From: an uncultured Gammaproteobacteria bacterium
Lineage (GTDB): Bacteria > Patescibacteriota > Microgenomatia > Levybacterales > GWA1-39-11
Direction: 5' to 3'
NCBI GenBank assembly: GCA_964627245.1
Contig: CAZVGS010000002.1
Location: 26,923-90,922, forward strand
Length of the DNA: 64,000 bases
In this document: in pieces, positions 57,062-64,000 of the stretch
Position numbering within the stretch: the first letter of the stretch is position 1
How the letters are laid out: each line of letters opens with the position of its first letter
Translations under genes and position numbers: made by a program
Notes under the pieces: generated by a model
What the model was told of the DNA's origin: nothing
What the model saw: only the letters and a program-made list of their open reading frames with translations
The model's database searches: none

Positions 57062-57721
57062 TTAACATCCGAGAGCTTGGAGACACTGTTGGCGAGGTAT
57101 GCCTTCAGGTGCTTGGTTGCATACTTCTTTGTTACATTCTTGTTTCTTGACTGTCTCCAGATCTTTTATGGTGAGTCCGCTATCAGTATTTCCCGTCTGG
57201 ACATTGAACTCCATAAACTCAATATTTCCGGGGCGAGAGAAAACGCTTCCGTCAACTATCCATGGCTTACAATCAAACTTGGTGTCTTCGGCGATATCTC
57301 CATCTTTGGTCGAAAACAATTTGCCCTGCTCTTCCGGCGTAACAGCGGATTTCATGCCCTGAGGGAACATTGATCCCCAGAGGTAATTGTACCCACCATC
57401 ACGAATTACGTGCGCCTCCATGGGTACTGCGCCCTTCTGTTGTATAGTAAAATCTCCGCGGATTTGCTTGGCGCCATTGGCAAGGTACACTGTGCCTGAC
57501 GAAACATTTGTACCGTCATTATGTTCAAATGTGCATTCGAGATTCTGCCCGCGTGAAATAAAAGAAGCAAATGTGCCGCTCGTACTTTCTTCTGTCTTCA
57601 GGTTTTCTTCCATTGCCACATCCCCGTCAGGGTTCTGAGTACCAATATTGGTGTATGCAAAATATCCGCCACCGACGAGTACGACCGCTCCTATTACTGC
57701 AATTAAAATTGTCTTGTTCAT
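57062..57721 (-). CDS. secreted or membrane-anchored hypothetical protein
   Basis: N-terminal TM helix, beta-rich core, C-terminal CxxxxC...CxxxxGC. Confidence 0.75.
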   Translation of the reverse strand: MNKTILIAVIGAVVLVGGGYFAYTNIGTQNPDGDVAMEENLKTEESTSGTFASFISRGQNLECTFEHNDGTNVSSGTVYLANGAKQIRGDFTIQQKGAVPMEAHVIRDGGYNYLWGSMFPQGMKSAVTPEEQGKLFSTKDGDIAEDTKFDCKPWIVDGSVFSRPGNIEFMEFNVQTGNTDSGLTIKDLETVKKQECNKEVCNQAPEGIPRQQCLQALGC

Positions 57722-57792
57722 ATTCGAGTTAATTTTACTATAATTCTACTCATTTTATCAAGGCGCAAGTTAAGAGTTTAGCGAATTTACGA

Positions 57793-58326
57793 TTATTTTC
57801 TGTTGCTAAAAAGTTCATACGAGACCATTTCGACAAGCGGTCTGCGGTCTGACTCCTGATGAATTTTTTGCGTTTCTGCCTGGTACCCAAGTGCAAGACT
57901 ACCAAGAAGAATGTGATCGTCTGGGATGTTGAGCATTTTTTTTGTAGTTTTATCATCCAGCGTTACCCAACACCCACCAAGTCCCAAATCCCACGCAGCC
58001 AACCACATATTTTCGATGGCACAAGCTCCGCTAAGCACATGTTGTTCATGTTCGGATAACCACTCGTCAACTTTAGCATTTTTATCAACAGTCACAACAA
58101 TCACTATGTTTGCCTTTGTAAGAAAAGAGCCATGATGAGCATGTGGCATGAGTCTATCTATTGTTTCCTTATTTTTAATGACAATAAATGTCCACGGGTG
58201 GGAATTGAGAGGGCTTGGCGCCCATCGGCCACAGTCCAAGATCTGCTGAAGAATATCATCAGGAATATCTTGGGTAGTCCAGTTACGAGTTGCCCTTCTT
58301 GTTTTTATGGCATCAAGTGTATTCAT
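57793..58326 (-). CDS. nitroreductase family protein
   Basis: RRATR, APSPLNSHPW, LGLGGCW. Confidence 0.93.
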   Translation of the reverse strand: MNTLDAIKTRRATRNWTTQDIPDDILQQILDCGRWAPSPLNSHPWTFIVIKNKETIDRLMPHAHHGSFLTKANIVIVVTVDKNAKVDEWLSEHEQHVLSGACAIENMWLAAWDLGLGGCWVTLDDKTTKKMLNIPDDHILLGSLALGYQAETQKIHQESDRRPLVEMVSYELFSNRK

Positions 58327-58353
58327 GGTTTGATAATATCATGCGACTTGGTC

Positions 58354-58464
58354 CTATTTCCAGAAGCTCAGAAACCTCCCCACTTCCTTCACGGTCCACT
58401 CCGGATATTCCAGCTCGCTGATCCAATCAATTCGTCCGAATTCATACCATTTCTCGAGCAAAAT
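58354..58464 (-). other. putative distal att site carrying the displaced recombinase C-terminal coding tail
   Basis: ATT TTG CTC (ILL, identical to the recombinase end) continues EKWYEFGRIDWISELEYPEWTVKEVGRFLSFWK-TAG; an in-frame stop lies just upstream. Confidence 0.6.
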
Positions 58465-58570
58465 AAGCTAAAAATTACTTACCACTGCGCCAACTCTCTC
58501 TTTTTTCGTTTTTTTCCCTGAAAGAAAATTGTCACTTCTTTTGTATTAATAGTAGAAAGGAGGTGAAAAT

Positions 58571-58948
58571 ATGAAAAAATCAATATTAGCAATATCCGTA
58601 CTGGCATTAGGAGCGGGAGTATTGTTTGCTACGATACCAAGCGCCGATGCTTTCAGGGGTGATCCGAATACTACCGGCCCCAACTATACACACGAAAGGC
58701 ACGAGGCAATGGAAAAATCATTCGAGAACAAAGACTACAATGCTTGGAAAAAACTCGTGCAGGGAAAAGGTAGAGTTACCCAAGTAGTCAATGAAAAAAA
58801 CTTTAGCCGTTTTGCCGAAATGCACGAGCTTAGAGAGGAAGGCAAAATTGATGAAGCCAATAAAATAAGAGCCGAACTGGGGCTTGGGCTCCACAAAGGC
58901 AAAGGTGCCGGTCAAAAAATGGGAATGGGTCAATACCAAAATAAATAA
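58571..58948 (+). CDS. secreted hypothetical protein
   Basis: Signal peptide ending ADA, GGAGGTG SD, Gly-rich tail. Confidence 0.8.
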   Translation: MKKSILAISVLALGAGVLFATIPSADAFRGDPNTTGPNYTHERHEAMEKSFENKDYNAWKKLVQGKGRVTQVVNEKNFSRFAEMHELREEGKIDEANKIRAELGLGLHKGKGAGQKMGMGQYQNK

Positions 58949-58959
58949 TTACCCTCTCC

Positions 58960-59000
58960 ATATACCAAGACCCCGACTTAAGATCGGGGTTTTGGTATAT
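58960..59000. terminator. long hairpin terminator
   Basis: ATATACCAAGACCCCGA-CTTAAGA-TCGGGGTTTTGGTATAT, 17-bp stem with one G.T. Confidence 0.7.
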
Positions 59001-59051
59001 AAAAACTCTGTTAAAAGAAAATATGAGATTTAATTGTATTACAATTGCGGT

Positions 59052-59588
59052 ATGATGAATTCAAATCTTACAGATGAAAAATTGGTTGAACTGATTCGTA
59101 GCAAAGATAAAGAGCGGTATGCTGAAATTATCAATAGATATCAGGATAAGCTTATGAGATACACACGATATTTGATAAACGACAAAAATAAATCAGATGA
59201 TGTAGTCCAAAATACCTTCATCAAAGCCTACATTAATCTTTATGGGTTTGATACAAAAAAAAAGTTTTCAAGCTGGATTTATCGCATTGCCCATAATGAA
59301 GCCATTAATGAAGCGAAAAAGCATCACAAAGAACTACCTATGGATCACGACTTTGATGCGCCATCAAAAGAATCAATTGAAGAGGAGTTCGACAGAAAAG
59401 AAATTAATAAACAAGCACACAGCTGCTTGAGGCAGATGCCAACCATGTATTCCGAGCCGTTAGCTCTTTACTATTTGGATGAGAAGTCATATGAGGAAAT
59501 CAGTGATATTCTAAGAATACCAATGGGAACAGTCGCAACAAGAATTAATAGGGCAAAAATTTTAATGAAGAAAATATGTCAAAAATAA
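59052..59588 (+). CDS. ECF RNA polymerase sigma factor
   Basis: DDVVQNTF, FSSWIYRIAHN, SYEEIS...GTVATRINRA. Confidence 0.93.
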   Translation: MMNSNLTDEKLVELIRSKDKERYAEIINRYQDKLMRYTRYLINDKNKSDDVVQNTFIKAYINLYGFDTKKKFSSWIYRIAHNEAINEAKKHHKELPMDHDFDAPSKESIEEEFDRKEINKQAHSCLRQMPTMYSEPLALYYLDEKSYEEISDILRIPMGTVATRINRAKILMKKICQK

Positions 59589-60139
59589 ACTTAAAACTTA
59601 AAAATCAACAACTCAATAAGGGTCACTCCAAAATTAATTTGGAAGAAATTGTAATGAACAAAATAAAATCAGGTCAGGCGAAAATGAAACCCAAATGGTA
59701 TTTTGCAGCTGGTTCTCTGTTAATGATTATGGGTTTGGTCAGCTTAACGCTTTCTGCAATATTTTTATTTAACTTAACAGTATTTTTAGTAAGAAAGCAT
59801 GGACCGGGATATGGAAGACTAGAAATAATGCTCAACACCTTTCCTTATTGGATACCAATATTAGCTGTTTTGGGGGCGGTCTTGGGAATTTTGCTTCTAA
59901 AAAAGTATGATTTTTCCTATAATAAGAACTTTCCTCTTATATTAATGGTCTTTTTATCTTCAATAATCATTGCGGCACTTTCAATCGACTATCTAGGTCT
60001 TAATGACGTTTGGTCAAGACGCGGTCCGATGAAAAGATTTTATCAACACTTTGAAAATCAAAAACACCATTTTTTTGAAAGACGCAACAATATACAATAC
60101 AACCGCACGGAGACTATATTTCCGCAAATACGATTCTGA
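59576..60139 (+). CDS. membrane protein, candidate anti-sigma factor
   Basis: Overlaps the ECF gene; three TM helices. Confidence 0.7.
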   Translation: MSKINLKLKNQQLNKGHSKINLEEIVMNKIKSGQAKMKPKWYFAAGSLLMIMGLVSLTLSAIFLFNLTVFLVRKHGPGYGRLEIMLNTFPYWIPILAVLGAVLGILLLKKYDFSYNKNFPLILMVFLSSIIIAALSIDYLGLNDVWSRRGPMKRFYQHFENQKHHFFERRNNIQYNRTETIFPQIRF

Positions 60140-60702
60140 ATAGTAAAAAGCTAATAAATTTGGCCAATTAATATTTGTGCGCATTTTTTTAGTTTGCTAA
60201 AATAACTTTATGCCAAGCACATTTATCTTATTAATGCTTTGTACATTGTCTATCGTGATAATTACAATAGGATTTTATAAAAAGATACTTTTGCTCAAAG
60301 TTGTGGGAACTTTCTTGTTTTTTCTTGCGCTTGTAACAACATTTTTGCTTATTGTCTCTTTGAGAAATACATAGTATTGAAGCTCTTAGTATCAACAGCA
60401 GAAGTGTAAAAATAAATCCAGTTGAAAAAGAAGGATATTCCGAGATCGAAGGGAAGTGTTCCAAAAAAGATTCCAACCAAACAACTACAAAACGTGCTTG
60501 TTATTATGAATGGTAGATTTAAAAAAATCATGCAATATGGGAAATGCACTTAGAAGGAACCCGCTTTCAACCTCTCAAATTCGTGAGATAACAAAAATAT
60601 AAATAATTAGTGCCAACACGCAGCACCTCTTTATTGTGTAATTGGCATATGCAAATACTTAATTCTCCTTGTCTCAAATATCAAAAAGTGTTATAAAAAA
60701 CT

Positions 60703-61194
60703 ATGCCTAACAAAGAAAAAAAGGAAAACATTTCTATCTTCACAAAACTGCGTTACAACAAGAAATTCCGCTTGTGGTTAATTGGAATACTTCTTATCAT
60801 AGTTGCGATTTTATTTATTTTCTTCGAAAAGTTGAGAATCTTCTTTGCGATTGCATTAATTGCACTCCTAACAGCTTTTGGGCTTGAAATCTTCGAAAAT
60901 GACTGGGATATCCAAAAATTGTGGGAAACCAAATCATTTGAAGAATCAAAGGTTGGAAGAGATGAAAAAGGAAATATCATGCTTGATGAAACAGGAAAAA
61001 TACTCTTTGATAAGTTGGGAAACGTAACCACTGACAAAACAGAGGGGAGAGGAGCAAATGAATATAATTGCGACGACTTTTCTACTAAACTTGAGGCACA
61101 AACATTTTTTGAAAAAGTCGGAGGAACTGGAAACGATGTTAACAGGCTTGATGGAGATAAAGACGGAGAGGCATGCGAGAGCCTCCCAAAATAA
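60703..61194 (+). CDS. membrane protein with excalibur-like Ca-binding domain
   Basis: YNCDDF...AQ...LDGDKDGEACE. Confidence 0.85.
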   Translation: MPNKEKKENISIFTKLRYNKKFRLWLIGILLIIVAILFIFFEKLRIFFAIALIALLTAFGLEIFENDWDIQKLWETKSFEESKVGRDEKGNIMLDETGKILFDKLGNVTTDKTEGRGANEYNCDDFSTKLEAQTFFEKVGGTGNDVNRLDGDKDGEACESLPK

Positions 61195-61269
61195 AACCCT
61201 GCGCTCTCCCTGAGTTTTCCAAAACACCAAATCCTTGCAATTCTTCTTTTTTGAGGTAAAATTGTATTT

Positions 61270-61416
61270 ATGGCAAAAAGAGATACGGGAGTCGGCAAAA
61301 GAAAAAAGGTCAGATCCCCCAAAACAGCAAAAAGACTTACTGCAAAAGCAGAGATGCTTGATGCTTTGGCAAAAAAGAGAGGCTACAAGGGTAAAAGAAA
61401 ACCTAAGGACCAATAA
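61270..61416 (+). CDS. small highly basic protein (48 aa, not in ORF track)
   Basis: MAKRDTGVGKRKKVRSPKTAKRLTAKAEMLDALAKKRGYKGKRKPKDQ; TTGCAA-16-TAAAAT ends 7 nt before the ATG. Confidence 0.65.
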   Translation: MAKRDTGVGKRKKVRSPKTAKRLTAKAEMLDALAKKRGYKGKRKPKDQ

Positions 61417-61738
61417 AGCACTCACAATTTTTAAGCTTCAATATTTCCCTTTGTTCTGAAATCGTATTCACAAATTTATCCTGTGATTTTCTTCCGATAG
61501 CAAGCTTCTTATCAAGAGGGGAGGCGTGATTGTACCCCCTCCTTTTCATTTCCTTAACCTCAGCCTCGTGCCTTTCGTGTAACGCCCCAAGATGCCCCAC
61601 CCATCTTTTTGTCTCGGGATGATTAATATATCCTTTCTTATTTTGAGTTAGTATCGTCCAGATAGCATGAAGCTCGCGGTGTTCTCCTAGAAGATGCACT
61701 CTACAAAGCTTGTTTGGCGATATATCCCAAACTCTCAT
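61403..61738 (-). CDS. pyrimidine dimer DNA glycosylase / endonuclease V family protein
   Basis: MRVW...LCRVHLLGEHRE...HP...W...EMKRRGY; TATAAT 6 nt before the ATG. Confidence 0.85.
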   Translation of the reverse strand: MRVWDISPNKLCRVHLLGEHRELHAIWTILTQNKKGYINHPETKRWVGHLGALHERHEAEVKEMKRRGYNHASPLDKKLAIGRKSQDKFVNTISEQREILKLKNCECFIGP

Positions 61739-62099
61739 GCTTGTATTATAGCCGGTATTTAAGGAGAAGCGTAGATACATGAGACACATAAAGATACTTA
61801 CCCCCGATGAAATAAACAATAAAGAAAACGCGGAGCCTCCTAAACCCATAAAGTAATATTGTTCATGGATGGTTTCAGGTAGCAAGAGGAAAAAGCATAG
61901 CCCCTGATCTTGAAGAGGGTATCTTTGCATGAAAGAATCTAAAGAAAATTGTGTTTTCCCTTAAGAAATCCGCGGTGATAGTGATAGGCGAAAAATAAAT
62001 CCATTTCGGTCAACCATGAGTAGGCTAAATTTTTACATAAACCGTGCAATAAAGATACTTAATCCCAAGCAAAAAAATTCTCGAAAAGGTAAAAACGAG

Positions 62100-62462
62100 T
62101 TAAGAATCGTTTTTGGAAAAGCGAAAAGTTATTTTTTTTGATGAAAGGATTAGTAGAATCCCCGCAATAAAAGGCGGTAAAAATAAGAACAACTCAACCA
62201 AAAGGACTGTTGCAACCTGAAACTTTGCGTCAAGTGCATAAAGCATACCCATTACAATGCTTGCCATTACCATCACAAGTCCTCCAATAAAAGGCTTTTT
62301 CCAAGCAACAAATGCCAAAACAAGAACTGGCAAAATTTGGATAAAATGTGAAATCCCGCTCAAATCTCCCGCGAATACTTCACCAAATAAAAATAGAGAC
62401 AAAAAACCTATGGGCAATAAAAGAATTGCCATTCCTAATTTTTTCATGAGTATTTTTGACAT
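62100..62462 (-). CDS. hypothetical four-TM membrane protein
   Basis: Hydrophobic 120 aa with VAWKKPFIGG. Confidence 0.65.
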   Translation of the reverse strand: MSKILMKKLGMAILLLPIGFLSLFLFGEVFAGDLSGISHFIQILPVLVLAFVAWKKPFIGGLVMVMASIVMGMLYALDAKFQVATVLLVELFLFLPPFIAGILLILSSKKITFRFSKNDS

Positions 62463-62663
62463 CAATTATATAATACCACCAAAGCCTAATAGTGGTGCAT
62501 TGCATTATTTGCATTTTTTTGAGCTGCTGATACAAACCATTCGCAGTAGCGTTGCATTAGTTCCTAGAATACCGTCTTATTCAAACTCCTACATATTTCG
62601 TGTATAATATATCCACAAGGTGAAATCTTAAGAGCTAATACCCTTGAACCACTTCACCAAACA

Positions 62664-62684
62664 CCGCACGGGCGGATTTTTTTT
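62664..62684 (+). terminator. intrinsic terminator-like hairpin
   Basis: CCGC-ACGG-GCGG followed by ATTTTTTTT. Confidence 0.55.
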
Positions 62685-62690
62685 GGGTTT

Positions 62691-62795
62691 ATGAACGACA
62701 AACAACTATTAATGTGGGTTGCTATTTCCATGCTTATGATGGCATTTATGGTGATGCTTTTTGTTGCCGCGATTATAGCTCTTCGCGCCTTCTAA
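62691..62795 (+). CDS. 34-aa Met-rich transmembrane peptide (not in ORF track)
   Basis: MNDKQLLMWVAISMLMMAFMVMLFVAAIIALRAF. Confidence 0.45.
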   Translation: MNDKQLLMWVAISMLMMAFMVMLFVAAIIALRAF

Positions 62796-63108
62796 TTTTG
62801 ACCTTAGTCTCATTTTAATATAATGTTTTTATGGTTAAGAAAACGTAAACTTTTCAGATAAACAGAGAATAGCTTTTAAGAAAAGTACAAGAAGTTATTC
62901 ACGAAGGAAATTTAAAACAAAAAATAATTTAAGACAAAAAAAGGCAATAACCCTGTCAAATTTCTTCTGAAAATTTGCGCTATGAGAAGAGGAGTGGTGG
63001 TGCACATATCCTGATAGCATCTGGGAGCAATTGCGGCGCTTGTTACCGAATGCACTATAACCGTAGAACGCGAAGCTTGACCCAAGGCCTACTTGTTATA
63101 ATAAATCC

Positions 63109-63414
63109 ATGACAAAAAACCCCATTCTTAACGCGCTTGCGGCTTTTGCTTATATATTTAGCGTTTCATCATTCATTTTCTTTGGACAAAGAATTGAAGA
63201 TGACAATATCGGCATTCTTGCACCAGTGATGGCACTTTCACTATTTACATTGTCAGCAGCTGCCATGGGATACATTTTTCTTTCCCAACCTCTTCAGATG
63301 ATCACTGAAGGCAAGAAAAAGCAGGGTGTAAATTTATTCCTAACAACCCTTGGAATATTTGGGGGCATAACTATAGTAATTTTGCTCATCTTTTCTTTCC
63401 AAATTCATGGCTAA
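63109..63414 (+). CDS. hypothetical three-TM membrane protein
   Basis: Hydrophobic 101 aa; extended -10 TGTTATAAT 6 nt before the ATG. Confidence 0.75.
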   Translation: MTKNPILNALAAFAYIFSVSSFIFFGQRIEDDNIGILAPVMALSLFTLSAAAMGYIFLSQPLQMITEGKKKQGVNLFLTTLGIFGGITIVILLIFSFQIHG

Positions 63415-63431
63415 CCCATTTGATCTAACTC

Positions 63432-63785
63432 ATGAAGATAGAAAAGTTTGACAATGTTGATGACTATATAAATTCTTTTTCGCAAGATAAGAAAAAAGTT
63501 CTTTTGGGGTTTCGCAAAAAGATAAGAAAGCTTGTCCCAGGTGCAAATGAGTCAATGAGCTACGGCATGCCCGGTTACAAACTGAACGGAAAACCCTTGG
63601 TCTATTTTGCGGCCTTCAAAAATCATATTGGTTTTTTCCCAACACCTTCAGAGATAGATGTTCTCGAAAAGGAAGAGGAGAGATACAAAACAGGCAAAGG
63701 CACGATGCGATTTGCGCTAGACAAACCCATCCCTTGGGATTTAATTGAAAAAATAGTAAAGTCTAGAATTAAAGAAGTAAGCTAG
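63432..63785 (+). CDS. DUF1801 / YdhG-like protein
   Basis: VDDYI, ESMSYGMPGY, FAAFKNHIGF, KGTMRF...PIPWDLI. Confidence 0.9.
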   Translation: MKIEKFDNVDDYINSFSQDKKKVLLGFRKKIRKLVPGANESMSYGMPGYKLNGKPLVYFAAFKNHIGFFPTPSEIDVLEKEEERYKTGKGTMRFALDKPIPWDLIEKIVKSRIKEVS

Positions 63786-64000
63786 CCTTTTACACCAACG
63801 CTCACAAGCCTCTTGCTTGCAGTAATTAACATTGACCCAACAACACCCAAAAAAACCAAACCAATTATGCATGATGAAACTAAATGCGCAGGACTGAGAA
63901 TAACCAGATATCCGCCTGTTAAAAATGTTGTAATTATTAAACTATATGAAAAATAGAGTTTTGTTTTTGTTGGTTTTATTAACGTAATACCGGAAAAACC
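63782..64000 (-). CDS. membrane protein, 3' part (start outside window)
   Basis: Open frame from the window edge: ...SYSLIITTFLTGGYLVILSPAHLVSSCIIGLVFL...-TAG. Confidence 0.65.
   Translation of the reverse strand, partial: GFSGITLIKPTKTKLYFSYSLIITTFLTGGYLVILSPAHLVSSCIIGLVFLGVVGSMLITASKRLVSVGVKG

Larger units (their letters stand above)
47611..58464. mobile_element. genomic island 2 integrated at the tRNA-Asn 3' end
   Basis: Recombinase overlaps the tRNA; GAGCAAAAT at 47611-47619 and 58456-58464; defence cargo. The right boundary is inferred. Confidence 0.7.

Noticed and set aside
60200-60560. Short ORFs on both strands
   Set aside because: Broken frames without a recognisable family; at most a decayed remnant.
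61829-61836. CGCGGAGC as an alternative distal att site of island 2
   Set aside because: Shorter 8-bp match with no supporting context seen; the 58456 site fits better, though this one is not formally excluded.
61739-62099. Upstream extension of the glycosylase ORF
   Set aside because: The family motif begins at MRVW (61738), with a -10 box directly upstream.
62615-62690. TPP, ZTP or guanidine-II riboswitch
   Set aside because: Only fragments match (ACCCTTGAACC; a single ACGG loop); the required CTGAGA, the ZTP 5' core and a second ACGR hairpin are missing.

Overview
AT-rich bacterial chromosome segment, standard genetic code. Gene content and style fit Patescibacteria (CPR), probably Microgenomates; this placement is inferred. 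The core region (about 12.7-47.6 kb) holds housekeeping genes: rplY, glmS, valS, rnhA, two class A PBPs, jag-yidC-rnpA-rpmH, gap, pfkB-rpiB-rpe, yifB and dnaG-rpoD. Six tRNA genes lie across the window. Two tRNA-integrated, serine-recombinase islands flank the core. Island 1 (about 189-12722, at tRNA-Ser GGA) encodes a 1739-aa repeat surface protein coupled to a PrsW-like protease, two orphan DNA methyltransferases and small and large terminases, with no portal, capsid or tail genes. Island 2 (about 47611-58464) sits at the 3' end of a tRNA-Asn(GTT) that a 216-nt group I intron interrupts inside the anticodon. It carries a candidate PIN-HEPN defence protein and a C-R-M restriction system. The strongest novel signal is in island 2: the recombinase ORF runs through its own putative att core (GAGCAAAAT) and stops inside the tRNA T-arm. 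The same 9-mer 10.8 kb away continues in frame into an orphan 33-codon tail, so excision would swap the integrase C-terminus. Other signals: many apparently leaderless genes, a divergent initiator tRNA, a sigma region-4-only paralog after rpoD, unannotated small proteins and dispersed heptamer repeats. No CRISPR array or rRNA was seen. All family calls come from motif recognition by eye, not database searches.
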